A stretch of 64,000 bases of DNA. It comes from Mobula hypostoma (taxonomy: Eukaryota). This document shows, one piece after another, positions 1-12,860 of this stretch; position 1 is the first letter of the stretch, and each line of letters begins with the position of its first letter. The position numbers were made by a program, and so were the translations under genes. Under the pieces are notes generated by a model. The model was given only the letters and a program-made list of their open reading frames with translations, did no database searches and had not been told where the DNA came from. The stretch is from positions 236,532,001 to 236,596,000 of the forward strand of contig NC_086097.1 of NCBI RefSeq assembly GCF_963921235.1. Reading direction: 5' to 3'.

Positions 1-499
1 AAACATGACCCCCCCACCCCACAGGGCAATGGCAAGACAGCCTGACTTACCCCACAGAGGCAAGGACAAGAGACAAACACCAAAGAACAACAGACAATTC
101 CATCTCTGCTCCAGGGTAGCTCCAAGTCTCAGTTCAGCCAGCAACCTCCACTGGCTACAGAAACAGCCAGATCCCTACCTAGCTCAGAGTAGCTGACAGC
201 CACTCAGCTGGCCCAGGAAACAGCCAAATCCATACCGCAAAGACAGCTCCAACTACTGATAGCAAGGCTCCACAAGGGGCTGGTTCCCCAACACAGCCCA
301 AAGATGGCAATTGGCTGCTCCAGCCTTCCACCAGCCAGTTACTCCAGGGAGGACTAACAAGACAAACCAGCAGCCCATACTCAATCCCAAGGCTACTTAT
401 ATTGCAAGCCCAAAGAGGGGAATCAGGTGCCAATGATTAACTCAAACAAGGGACAGCTGGAAGACCCGGAGTCCTGAGTACACGGACCGGACCATGACA
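1..499 (-). mobile_element. Probable LTR (Gypsy-like) fragment, cut by the window edge
   Basis: Minus strand starts TGTCATGGTCCGGTCC at 499, a TG-start typical of LTRs, followed by non-coding GC-richer sequence. The other terminus is not visible. Confidence 0.35.
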
Positions 500-999
500 C
501 CTGGTACATCAACAGTAATTTCTTTGTCTGAATGTTATCACAGCCTACATTGAAAATAGCGTCATATCATTTGAGAAAAATCGGCTATTGCCAACGCACC
601 CATCATACAGCAAAGTTTCAGTGGTGTTATTTCGTATGGCATCCGCACATCTATTGACACAAGTCCGTCCTTTCAGGAGCTGCGATTGGATTGATCTTCA
701 CCTGCTATCTCATCCACAGCTATTCCAATATGAGTGATCCTGAGCTGGCATCGCCTGATGGAGTTCTTGAAGCATGCAAGCTTCCACATGCCGTCAACAC
801 GGAGAAAAATTTCAATAACACTTAGAGATGCATTGCGGGCTGGAGATGTACATGCCATTGTAAACACTCTGCAGATCTATTGTCTGATTGACTGGTCAGG
901 TAGCATCTATGGAGGGAAACAAACTTAACATTTTGGGCCTTGGCCCAATAAACTCATACAATACTTCAACAAGATGCAACCAAAGCAACTGCTCCTTTT

Positions 1000-1973
1000 T
1001 ACGATGTATATCGATGATTTGGATTATGGATTAAATGGTTTTGTGGCTAAGTTTGCGGATGACACCAAGATAGGTGGAGGAGCAGGAAGTGTTGAAGAAA
1101 CGGAAAGGTTGCAGAGAGACTTAGTCAGTTTAGGAGAGTGGGCAAAGAAATGGCAGATGAGAGACAACGTTGACAAATGTACGGTTGTACATTTCGGAAG
1201 AAGAAATAATCGGGCAGATTATTATTTAGATGGGGAGAAAATTCAAAAATCGGAAGTGCAAAGGGACTTGGGGGTCCTCGTGCAGGATACCCTAAAGGTT
1301 AACCACCAAGTTGGATCAGCGGTAAGGAAAGCGAATGCTATGTTGGCATTCATTTCAAGAGGAATAGTGTATAAGAGTAAGGAGGTGCTGATGAGGCTCT
1401 ATGGGGCATTAGTGAGACCTCATTTGGAATACTGTGTGCAGTTTTGGGCCCCCTATCTTAGAAAGGATATACTGATATTGGAGAGAGTTCAGAGAAGATT
1501 TACGAGGATGATTCCTGGAATGCAGGGGCTAACATATGAGGAGCATTTGTCGGCTCTTGGATTGTATTCATTAGAGTACAGAAGAATGAGAGGGGATCTC
1601 ATAGAAACTTTTGAATGTTGAAAGAGCTGGACAGAGTAGATGTGGAAAGGTTGTTTCCCTTGATGGATGAGTCCAGGACAAGAGGCCATAGTCTTAGAAT
1701 TAGAGGGTACCCAGTTAAAACAGAGATGAGGAGAAATTTTTTTAGCCAGAGAGTCGTGGATTTGTGGAATTCGTTGCCACATACAGCTGTGGAGGCCCGA
1801 TCATTGAGGATGTTTAAGGAGGAGATTGACAGGTATCTAATTAGTCAGGGTATCAAGGGATATGGGGAAAAAGCCGGAAATTAGAACTAGATGGGTGAAT
1901 AGTTTAGCTCATGGGGGAGCTGCGGAGCAGACTCGATGGGCCAAATGGCCTACTTCTGCTTCTTTGTCTTGTG
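1000..1973 (+). mobile_element. CR1 LINE, 5'-truncated (RT C-terminal part plus 3' UTR), frameshifted
   Basis: ORFs 974-1621 (KFADDTK, RDLGV, LVRPHLEYCVQFWAP) and 1615-1884 (TRGHSLR, RRNFFSQRVVDLWNSLP), followed by a CR1 3' UTR. Confidence 0.95.
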
Positions 1974-2447
1974 AATAATGCCTCAGTGCCTGCATATTGT
2001 TTATTTCTGCACTTAACCTGGAGATCACCCTGCTTCACTGGAAGCCCATTAACTCTTGAAAATTACTAGTGACTGTATAGTGTATCTGCACTGCTCTCAA
2101 GTGTACCACAAAGGCTGAGCAGATTGTATATTTCAATGAAATTGTCAGCTTCACCTTCATGAGACACAAGAGACCTCAGAGGTTGGAATGCAAAGCAACA
2201 AACAATCCAGGGGTTGACTTCCTCATGTTTGCGAGGCTAATGAGCTGACTATTTTTGTGCTTGAGTGCTCTGTGGCAAGAACTACAATGAGACATCGAAA
2301 AAGGGACACCATGCTTTGAGAGGTCCAACCTGGTCGTATTTGGAAGGTGCATCTTCAGCAAAAAAACTATAGGTCAGAAATTTGCTCACTGGTGCTTGTT
2401 CAAGGACAATGAGCACACATTCTAAAAAATGTACAGGCGAGAAGTGA

Positions 2448-2520
2448 GAAAAACACACAAAATGCTGGAAGAACCCAGCAGGCCAGGCAGCAACTATGGA
2501 AAAAAGCACAGTCAACGTTG
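2448..2520 (-). mobile_element. Penelope-like pLTR end fragment
   Basis: aacacacaaaatgctgga...agcaggccaggcagca...cagtcaacgtt matches the terminal repeat attached to GIY-YIG fragments elsewhere in the window. Confidence 0.7.
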
Positions 2521-3300
2521 AGACACGAGTTTGTGAGTAAGACAACAGCAGAGTTCTTGACTAGATGCTAGGTGAGAACTTAAACGAGATTAGATGGGAA
2601 TACCAAAGAGACAGAAATCCTAAACACAATCACACACTGAACATAAAGGTTCTCAACGTCTACCTTCCCAATGTCAAAAGATTGCCATCGGCTGGTAACA
2701 AAGTTACAAAATTTCAATTTGTTTTAAGAACAGCCTTGAATCATTCTCTCTGTCCATCTAATGATCTCTTGCTGTTAAGAGAATGTCTGGCTTTAAAGAT
2801 TAAAAATCAGCTTTTTTAAAAAAATTACATGTACCATACATCAAAACATCAAAACATACAGCAAAATGTGGCATCTGTGACATGACCAAGGCAGTCAGAA
2901 GATCTGTTCTGGAGTGGAAGCAAGTCAATTGTGGTCCTGGGGGACTGTCCATGAAGAGAAGCTGGAAGCTTGTTTATAGATCTTCCAAATTTGAAATTCT
3001 TTGACCAGATAGCTACAGTTCTTATAATTAGAGACTATTCAGGTATTTCTGTTGTTAGGCATATGTTTAGCATTATTTCTCAGGTACTAATTTTTAGAAT
3101 GTGGGTTAATTCTCCTTGTGGCCAGTTCAGAAGAGCTGACTGAGTGTTGGGGATATTGACCTGGGAGAGTACACTAATGTTGGATCCTGCCGTGGTCTGC
3201 AAGCTGTAAGAGTCATTGCTCTTCTATATATTTCTGGTATACAGTCTATATTGTGCTGCTAACTCAATCTTCAGTGATGCCCACCAGAGAGGAGGAAGTA

Positions 3301-3303
<3 letters not shown>

Positions 3304-3342
<39 letters not shown>

Positions 3343-3355
3343 AGAGAGAGAGAGA
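3304..3355. repeat. (GA)n microsatellite
   Basis: Directly visible GA dinucleotide run with two GG interruptions. Confidence 0.98.
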
Positions 3356-3449
3356 TAAACAGAGACTACGAATAGAGAATGGAAAGCATCAGATTGTCTT
3401 GTTCGGCTTAAACCTTGATCGCTGGAGCGCTTTTGAGGTGTATTTATTT

Positions 3450-5925
3450 TAGAAACATAGAAAAACTACAGCACAATACAGGCCCTTCAGCCCACAAGGT
3501 TGTGCCGAACATGTCCCTATCTTAAAATTACTAGAGTTACCTGTAGCCCTCTATTTTTCTAAACTCCATGTACCCATCCAAAAGTCTCTTAAAAGACTCT
3601 ATCGTATCCACCTCCACCACGGTTGCCAGCAGCCCATTCCACGCAATCACCACTCCCTGCATAAAAGATCTTACCCCTGACATCTCCTCTGTACCTACTT
3701 ACAAGCACCTTAAACCTGTGCCCTCTTGTGGCAGCCATATCAGCCCTGGGAAAAAGCCTCTGACTATCCACAAGGTCAATGCCTCTCATCATCTTATACA
3801 CATCTATCAGGTCACCTCTCATCCTCCGTCAATCCATGGAGAAAAGGCCAAGTTTACTTAACCAGTTTTCATAAGGCATGTACCCCAATCCAGGCCACAT
3901 CCTTGTAAATCACCCCTGCACCCTTTCTATGGCTTCCACATCCTTCCTGTAGTGAGGCGACCAGAACTGGGCACAGTACTCCAAGTGGGGTCTGACCAGG
4001 GTCCTATATAGCTGCAACATTGCATTGAGGCTCCTAATTTCAGGCCAATACACTGTATGACTTCTTAACCACAGAGTCAACCTGCGCAGCTGCTTTGAGC
4101 ATCCTATGGACTCGGACTCCAAGATCCCTCTGATCCTCCACACTGCCAAGAGTCTTACCATTAATACTATATTCTGCCATCATATTTGACCTACCAAAAT
4201 GAACCACTTCACACTTATCTGGGTTGAACTCCATCTGCCACTTCTCAGCCCAGTCTTGCATCCAATCAATGTCCCGCTGTAACCTCTGACAGCCCTCCAC
4301 ACTATCCACAACACCCCCAACCTCTGTGTCATCAGCAAACTTACTAACCTATCCCTCCACTTCCTCATTCAGGTCATTTATAGAAATCACGAAGAGTAAG
4401 GGTCCCAGAACAGATCCCTGAGGCACACCACTGGTCACTGACCTCCATGCAGAATATGACCTATCTACAACCACTCTTTGCCTTCTATGGGCAAGCCAGT
4501 TCTGGATCCATAAAACAATGTCCCCTTGGTTCCCATGCCTCCTTATTTTCTCAATAAGCCTGGCATGGGCTACCTTATCAAATGCCTTGCTGAAATGCAT
4601 ATACACTACATCTACTGCTCTTCCTTCTTCAATGTGTTTAGTCATCCTCAAAAAATTCAATCAGGCTCGTAAGGCACAACCTGCCTTTGACAAAGCCATG
4701 CTGACTATTCCTAATCGTATTATACCTCTCCAAATGTTCATATATCCTGCCTCTCAGGATCTACTCCATCAACTTACCAACCACTGAAGTAAAACTCACT
4801 GGTCTATAATTTCCTGGGCTATCTCTACTCCCTTTCTTGAATAAGGATACAACATCTGCAACTCTCCAATCCTCCGGAACCTCTCCCGTCCCCATTGATG
4901 ATGCAAAGATCATCGCCAGAGGCTCAGCAATCTCTTCCCTCACCTCCCACAGTACCCTGGGGTACATCTCATCCATTCCCAACAACTTTTCCAACTTTCT
5001 GCTTTCCAAAAACTCCAGCACATCCTCTTTCTTAATATCTACATGTTCAAGCTTTTCAGTCCACTGCAAGTCATCACTACAATCACCAAGATCCTATTCA
5101 TTAAGTACCCCTGCTATTTCCTCTGGTTCTATACACAGTTTCCCACTGTCACACTTGATAGGTCCTATTCTTTCATGTCTTATCCTCTTACTCTTCTCAT
5201 ACGTGTAGAATGCCTTGGGGTTTTCCTTAATCCTGCTCGCCAAGGTCTTCTCATGGCCCCGTCTGATTCTCCTAATTTCCTTCTTAAGCTCCTTCCTTTT
5301 AGCCTTATAATCTTCTAGATCTCTAACATTACCTAACTCCCTGAACCTTTCACAAGTTCTTCTTTTCTTCTTGACTCAATTTACTACAGCTTTTGTATAC
5401 CACGGTTCCTGTACCCTACCATAACTTCCCTGTTACATTGGAACATACCTATTGCAGAACTCCACACAAATATCCCCTGAACATTTCCCACATTTCTCAT
5501 TCCCTGAGAACATCTGTTCCCAATTTAAGCTTCCAAGTTCCTGCCTGATAGCCTCATAATTCTCCTTCCTCCAATTAAACGCTTTTCAGATTGTCTGCTC
5601 CTATCTCTCTCCAATGCTATTGTAAAGGAGATTGAATTATGATCACTATCTCCAAAATGCTCTCCCACTGAGAGATCTGACACCTGACCAGGTTGATTTC
5701 CCAGTACCAAATCAAGTACAGCCTCTCCCCTTGTAGGCTTATCTACATATTGTGTCAAGAAACCTTCCTGAACACACCTAACAAACTCCACCCCATCTAA
5801 ACCCCTTGCTCTAGGGAGATGCCAATCGATATTTGGGAAATTAAAATCTCCCACCATGACAACTCTGTTATTATTACATCTTTCCAGGATCTGTTTCCCT
5901 ATCTGCTTCTCGATATCCCTGATAT
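3450..5925 (-). mobile_element. CR1 LINE ORF2 (end of AP endonuclease, RT) plus 3' UTR, degenerate
   Basis: Minus-strand ORFs contain [55 protein letters not shown] and LVRPHLEYCAQFWSP. Tail ends near 3450. Confidence 0.95.
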
Positions 5926-6470
5926 CTTGATTTTCAACAGAACCTCTACCCAGCAATTCCAATAATACAATTATCCATGAGGGATTTGAATAGCTAACAA
6001 ATTATAACAGCTCTGGGCCACTTTACCTAGGTCCCTGATAGGATTAGTAGCTATTCTCATTTTTTTGAGGATCTTTCATCTGATCAGCTTATGACAATCA
6101 TTGTTATAGGCCTTTGACTAAAAATATCAAAATTCCAATTTGAAATCACAATCTCATTAATTGCCAATTACCCTTTAATATAAGCTGGTTAGCCATCAGC
6201 CTAGGGTGATATTGATTTGAAATTCAACTTGCCTTTGCAATAATTGCATCTGCCGATTATGTATTAACTGAAAGGAATTTCAGACCTTAACTTCTCCCTC
6301 GCTCTCACTAGTGCTTCTAAAGTTCCTCCCCTGCAAAGAAACTGAAGAACCTAAATGGAGATTTTGCACTTAATATGAATTTGCATGGTACTAGAGCAAC
6401 AACTGTAGTTTGCAGGTACCTTGAATACTATTCTGTGACTCGTAAATCTGGTGAATTTAGCAGGCACATT

Positions 6471-8626
6471 TAGAAAATAGGTGCAGGAGTAGGCCATTCG
6501 GCCCTTCGAGCCTGCACCGCCATTTATTATGATCATGGCTGATCATCCAACTCAGAACCCTGCACCAGCCTTCCCTCCGTACCCCCTGATCCCCGTAGCA
6601 ACAAGGGCCATATCTAACTCCCTCTTAAATATAGCCAATGAACTGGCCTCAACTGTTTCCTGTGGCAGAGAATTCCACAGATTCACCACTCTCTGTGTGA
6701 AGAAGTTTTTCCTAATCTCAGTCCTAAAAGGCTTCCCCCTTATCCTCAAACTGTGACCCCTCGTTCTGTACTTCCCCAACATCGGGAACAATCCCCCTGC
6801 ATCTAGCCTGTCCAATCCCTTTAGGATTTTATATGTTTCAATCAGATCCCCCCTCAATCTTCTAAATTCCAATGAGTACAAGCCTAGTTCATCCAGTCTT
6901 TCTTCATATGGAAGTCCTGCCAACCCAGGAATCAATCTGGTGAACCTTCTTTGTACTCCCTATATGGCAAGGATGTCTTTCCTCAGATTAGGGGACCAAA
7001 ACTGCACACAATACTCCAGGTGTGGTCTCACCAAGGCCTTGTACAACTGCAGTAGTACCTCCCTGCTCCTGTACTCGAATCCTCTCGCTATAAATGCCAG
7101 CATACCATTCGCCTTTTTCACCGCCTGCTGTACCTGCATGCCCACTTTCAATAACTGGTGTATAATGACACCCAGGTCTCGTTGCACCTCCCCTTTTCCT
7201 AATCGGCCACCATTCAGATAATAATCTGTTTTCCTATTTTTGCCACCAAAGTGGATAACTTCACATTTATCCACATTAAATTGCATCTGCCATGAATTTG
7301 CCCACTCATCCAACCTATCCAAGTCACCCTGCATCCTCTTAGCATCCTCCTCACAGCTAACACTGCCACCCAGCTTCGTGTCATCCGCAAACTTGGAGAT
7401 GCTGCATTTAGTTCCCTCATCCAAGTCATTAATATATATTGTAAACAACTGGGTTCCCAGCACTGAGCCTTGCGGTACCCCACTAGTCACTGCCTGCCAT
7501 TCTGAAAAGGTCCCGTTTATTCCCACTCTTTGCTTCCTGTCTGCTAACCAATTCTCTATCCACATCAATACCTTACCCCCAATACCATGTGCTTTAAGTT
7601 TGCACACTAATCTCCTGTGTGGGACCTTGTCAAAAGCCTTTTGAAAATCCAAATATACCACATCCACTGGTTCTCCCCTATCCACTCCACTAGTTACATC
7701 CTCAAAAAAATCTATGAGATTCGTCAGACATGATTTTCCTTTCACAAATCCATGCTGACTTTGTCCGATGATTTCACTGCTTTCCAAATGTGCTATTATC
7801 ACATCTTTGATAACTGACTCCAGCAGTTTCCCCACCACCGACGTTAGGCTAACCGGTCTATAATTCCCCGGTTTCTCTCTCCCTCCTTTTTAAAAAGTGG
7901 GGTTACATTAGCCACCCTCCAATCCTCAGGAACTAGTCCAGAATCTAACGAGTTTTGAAAAATTATCACTAATGCATCCACTATTTCTTGGGCTACTTCC
8001 TTAAGCACTCTGGGATGCAGACCATCTGGCCCTGGGGATTTATCTGCCTTTAATCTCTTCAATTTACCTAACACCACTCCCTACTAACATGTATTTCGCT
8101 CAGTTCCTCCATCTCACTGGACCCTCTGTCCCCTACTATTTCTGGAAGATTATTTATGTCCTCCTTAGTGAAGACAGAACCAAAGTAATTATTCAATTGG
8201 TCTGCCATGTCCTTGCTCCCCATAATCAATTCACCTGTTTCTGTCTGTAGGGGACCTACATTTGTCTTTACCAGTCTTTTCCTTTTTACATATCTATAAA
8301 AGCTTTTACAGTCAGTTTTTATGTTCCCTGCCAGTTTTCTCTCATAATCTTTTTTCCCCTTCCTAATTAAGCCCTTTGTCCTCCTCTGCTGAACTCTGAA
8401 TTTCTTCCAGTCCTCAGGTGAGCCACTTTCTCTGGCTAATTTGTATGCTTCTTCTTTGGAATTGATACTATCCCTAATTTCTCTTGTCAGCCACGGGTGC
8501 ACTACCTTCCTTGATTTATTCTTTTGCCAAACTGGGATGAACAATTGTTGTAGTTCATCCATGCAATCTTTAAATGCTTGCCATTGCATATCCACCGTCA
8601 ATCCTTTTAGTGTCATTTGCCAGTCT
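6471..8626 (-). mobile_element. Young CR1 LINE, 5'-truncated (ORF2 tether, RT and 3' UTR)
   Basis: ORFs 8068-8616, 7844-8077, 6960-7838 ([30 protein letters not shown]) and 6552-6935, with few disruptions. Confidence 0.97.
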
Positions 8627-9474
8627 AAAATTTAAAAGTACAGCGGCAGATAATTTTGCCTCTGTAGCAGCTTCTTTTGTTTGAGCTCATTTTGCAGATA
8701 GCTCACCATTATTGAATAATTTATCAAACAAAGATCAGAAGAATTATAAAGGAGCAAATTAGGCCACACAGGCTGATGGAAGCTGACAAAGATTGCTTTT
8801 TTGGAGTTTAGATTCCCAGATCACTTGGTTCAATGTTTAAAAATTTTAACAACAAGCATTCTGAAATTCTGACCACCCTGAGGTCTCCTATACAGATACC
8901 ATTTATGTTGCATGAACCACAGCAATTAATTGAAGAATGTGGCAGATTCTGTATGATCTCCGCGATCTGCAGTGTGTGTCTGTGCAAGGCGGAGCTCTTT
9001 TGGGCAAATTTGTTCTGTCAGCAATCTCAGTAAGCAAACCCTACAGTGCACCCCCTTCCCCTCCACCCCGCAAAACCACTGCACGTGCTGCTCTGGCATT
9101 TGAAAGCTTCACAACACTTGCTCTTTATTATCTATAGACTGTGATTCACCAATGGTGATCTTGAGCATGGTGGATATATAACAGAAATATCGACCTGGCC
9201 TCCCACTTATAAGTTTCTGCCTGTACTCATTTCCATTGACGGAAGCAAAAATCAGGAGAGATGTTCTATAGGTAGTCTAGCAGATCCTATTCATTGCTCA
9301 GATGACATCCAATGAGTCATAATCAGTGAACAGTGAAGAACGAGTTCTCCTGGCTGCTCTAGGCATAGTAAACGGGCAGGGCAGGGGCTGTGTACAATGT
9401 AGAGAGTTTGCCAATTCCCCATCAATTATTTTCTCCTACCAACTTCACTTCCAGTGATGATGCTTTAGAATTGT

Positions 9475-9972
9475 AATGGCCTTGGAGAGGGTTCAGAGAG
9501 AATTCACGAGAATAAACCTAGAAATGAAAGGGTTAATGTATGAGGAGTGTTTGATGGTTCTGGGCCTGTACTCTCCGGAGTTTAGAAAAATGAGGCCGGA
9601 TCTCTTTGACATCCATCAAACATTGAAAGTCCTAGATAGAGTGAATGTGGAGAGAATGCTTCCTATCGTGGGGGAGTCTAGGACCAGAGAGCACAGCCTC
9701 AGAATAGAGGGATGTCCATTTACAGCGTAGATGAGGAGGAATTTCTTAAGCCAGAGGGTAGTGAATTTGTGGAATGCATTTCCACAGATGACAGTGGAGG
9801 CCAAGTCATTGGGTGTATTTAAAGTGATGATTGATAGGTTCTTACTTTAGTAAGGGTGTTGAATGTAATGGGGATAAGGCAGGAGAATGGCATTGAGAGG
9901 GATAATAAATTGGGCAAGATGGAATGGCAGAGCAGACTCAATGGATCAATTAACATAATTCTTCTCCTAGGT
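9475..9972 (+). mobile_element. CR1 3' fragment, old
   Basis: ORF 9476-9730 (LERVQREFTR, LGLYS, SRTREHSLRI) followed by a CR1 3' UTR. Confidence 0.9.
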
Positions 9973-9979
9973 TTAAATT

Positions 9980-10470
9980 TAAAAGTTCACCATATACAAC
10001 CCTGAGATTCATATTCTTACAGGCATACTCCATAAATCCAAAGAATGATAACCATTGCAAAATCACCAACCTGGGTATTGAACCAGTGTGCAAAAGACAA
10101 CAAACTGTGCAAGTATAAAAAGAAACAATAACAATAAATAATCAAGCAATAAATATCTAGAATGTGAGATGAAGAGTCCTTGAAAGTGAATCCAGTGGTT
10201 ATGGGAATATTTCAATGATGGGGCAAGTGAAGTTATCCCATTTTGTTCAAAAGTTTGATGGTTGAGAGGTAATAATAAGACCATAAGACATAGGGATAGA
10301 AATAGGCCATTTGGCCCATCAAGTCTGCTCCACCATTCAATCACGGCTGATCCTTTTTTCCCCTCCTCTGCTCCACTCCCTGGATTGTTTCAGATCCTGT
10401 TGGTGAGAGTCCTGGGGCTCCTGTACCTTCTTTCTGATGGCAGCAGTGAGAAGAGAACATGTCCTGTGTC
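9980..10470 (-). mobile_element. Rex1/Babar-like LINE 3' end, interrupted by a CR1 tail at about 10277-10380
   Basis: ctcctgtaccttctttctgatggcagcagtgagaagag is shared with the 3' part of the Rex1/Babar copy at 43360-44325. Confidence 0.55.
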
Positions 10471-10989
10471 TTATGATCTTATGGCCTTTTGATCTTGCGG
10501 TTTATGCCTTTTTCCTCATCAATTGTTTTGTTTTACCCACTTCATTACCAGTGTATGATGTTTTAAAATGAGTCCTATAATTCCACACACCCCATCCCCA
10601 TATATTACCCCACTGCTCTACAGATTATTATTTCTATTGTGGTGAATTAGTTCTTTGAGCACCAGCATGTTGCTCCCTGACCTGATGACCAAGCAGAGCT
10701 GGAGGGACCAGCAGATTATTGTGCAGTTAACATATTGTGCTGACTCAGGGCTCTGTACACACACCAGAATGAAGGGACAATGCAGCTTTACTTCAGAATT
10801 TCCTGTGGCTCCTTTTATTGGTCATTTCTGCCAAATGCCAACCAGAACAAGGGGTCATAGGTTAAGAGTGAAAGGGGAAATATTTAAAGGGAAACAACAG
10901 GAATTCTGCAGATGCTGGAAGTTCAAGCAACACACATCAAAGTTGCTGGTGAACGCAGCAGGCCAGGCAGCATCTGTAGGAAGAGGTGC

Positions 10990-11025
10990 AGTCGATGTTT
11001 CAGGCCGAGACCCTTCGTCAGGACT
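10990..11025 (-). ncRNA. Minimal type I hammerhead ribozyme motif (Penelope pLTR type), stem III mismatch
   Basis: Minus strand reads AGUC-CUGACGA-A-GGGU(CUCG)GCCU-GAAA-C-AUC-GACU. Confidence 0.7.
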
Positions 11026-11053
11026 AACTGAAGGAAACTAATTGAAGGAAGTT

Positions 11054-11089
11054 AGTCCTGACGAAGGGTCTCGGCCTGAAACGTTGACT
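11054..11089 (+). ncRNA. Minimal type I hammerhead ribozyme motif (Penelope pLTR type), core intact
   Basis: AGUC-CUGACGA-A-GGGU(CUCG)GCCU-GAAA-C-GUU^GACU. Stem I is AGUC/GACU, stem III is the palindrome ACGU, and predicted cleavage is after 11085. Confidence 0.8.
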
Positions 11090-11639
11090 GCACCTCTTCC
11101 TACAGATGCTGACTGGCCTGCTGCATTCACCAGCAACTTTGATGTGTGTTACTTAAAGGGAATCTGACTGAAAACTTCTTCACTCAGAGGGTGGTATGAG
11201 TGTGGAAAGAGTGGCTGGCAGAAGTGGGTTCAATTTGGATGGGTACATGGTTGGGAGGGGATGGAGGGATATGGTTTGGGTGCGGGTTATTTGATACTAG
11301 GCAGAAAATCAAGTTGGCATGAACCAGGTGAGCAAAGACCTGTTACAATGCTGTAATATTCTGTGAATCTATGACTCTATGAACACAAAGAATATTAAGA
11401 AAGGTCGTGGATAGTCTGGACTGGCAAAGCACAAGCTGAGGAGAATTTTCTAAGGTAATTTCCAAGGACATTTGTCACTTAGCATGGTGAAACCAAGGTC
11501 ACAGGCACCAGATCCTAATAGTTTTAATCTGGCTCCATTATAAGTGGGTCCTTGACTTCGTCATCCTCATCAGGTTAGGCAGCTCGGAGATTCTCATTGA
11601 TTCCAGTTTTCCATAATTACCATGTCAAATAAAGGTTAT

Positions 11640-12070
11640 AGAGTCAAAGATTACATACTATGGAAGCAGGCCTTTTGGTCCATGCTTGTCCTATTTCCCT
11701 ACATTTGGCCCTTTTCCCTCTAAACCAGGATGCCCAACCTTCTTTTCTGTCATGGACCAATACCATTAAGAAAGGAGTCCGTGGACTCCAGGTTAGGAAC
11801 CTCTCCTCTAAACCTTTCCTATCTGTGTACTTATCCAAATGTGTTTTAAATGTTATAATTGTACCTGCTTCTACCACTTTCTCTGGCGCCTGCACCTGCA
11901 GCTCTTTTCCCTCTTTCCTTAAACTTAGGCCTTCTGGTTTTAGGCTCCACTACCCCTGGAGAAAAGGGCTATGACTTTCTGCCCTCTCAATGTGCCTCAT
12001 GATTGTACAATCTCCAGCTTCAAGGAGAACAATACCAGCCAATCCAATCTCTGGTTATAGTTCATAAACT
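11640..12070 (-). mobile_element. CR1 3' fragment, old
   Basis: ORF 11644-11895 begins PEKVVEAGTIITFKTHLDKY, the CR1 ORF2 C-terminus. Confidence 0.8.
11726..11805. mobile_element. 80-bp hAT (Charlie-type) MITE
   Basis: Termini caggatgcccaacc...ggttaggaacctct with a perfect 8-bp TSD CTCTAAAC at 11718-11725 and 11806-11813. Confidence 0.8.
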
Positions 12071-12234
12071 CCTCCTCTGATGTCACAGCCCTTGACAGGA
12101 TCAGCAGCAGAAATCCTTATTGGGAACATTAACATAACTCTCTGGATTTCCAGAAGAAGAACATTGTCAGTATCTGAAATGGCTGACCTGAGACACTCAC
12201 CTCATTCATATCTGTGCAAGTGTGCAAGCTTAAC

Positions 12235-12860
12235 AAAGCGCAAGTTGATGACGGTTGTTAAGAAGGCGTATGGTGTGTCAGTCTTCATTAGTCAGAGGAT
12301 TTAGTTCAGGAACCATGAGGTAACATTGCGGTTCTATAAAACTCCAGCTAGGCCAGCCTTGGAACATTGTGTTCAGTTCTGGTTGTGTCATTATAGGAAG
12401 GGTTTAGAAGCTTTAGCAGAAAAGATTTACAAGTATGCTGGCTGAACTAGAGAGCACATTTTATGAAGATAGGCTGAGCAAGCTAGGGCTTTTCACTTTG
12501 GAGTGAAGGAGGATGAGTGGTAACTTGGGAGAGGTGTACAAGAATAAGAGGCATAGATTGAGTGGATAGCCAGAGATCTTTTCCCCAAGGTTGGAATGGC
12601 TAACACAAGGGGGCATAATTTTAAGATGATTGGAGGAAAGTATAGAGAGAATGTCGGAGTTAAGTTTTTTACACAGAGAATGATGAGTAGTTGGAATGCC
12701 CTGCCAGGAATAGTAGTAGAGGCATTTCGGAAGTTCCTAGATAGGCATATGGATGACAGAAAAATAGAGAGCTATGGAGGAGGAAAGGGTTAGATTGATT
12801 TTAGAGTAGATAAGAGACCTACTCCATGATCAGTCGCATGGCCTCTATTGTACTATGTTC
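12235..12860 (+). mobile_element. CR1 3' fragment, old
   Basis: VVKKAYG, tgtgttcagttctgg, and ORF 12596-12793 (NTRGHNFK, FFTQR, WNALP). Confidence 0.9.

Larger units (their letters stand above)
10894..11152. mobile_element. Palindromic Penelope-like pLTR insertion with 10-bp TSD
   Basis: Inverted arms at about 10925-11029 and 11050-11154. TSD TTAAAGGGAA at 10884-10893 and 11153-11162. Confidence 0.9.
10835..11380 (+). mobile_element. CR1 3' fragment hosting a Penelope-derived insertion
   Basis: TRTRGHRLRVKGE coding is interrupted at 10893 and resumes at 11163 (aacttcttcactcagagggtggt). Confidence 0.85.

Noticed and set aside
500..870. Unique-looking, CpG-containing stretch as a coding exon
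   Set aside because: The plus frames I translated hit stops or gave no recognisable motif, the listed ORFs match nothing I know, and there is no convincing splice pair.
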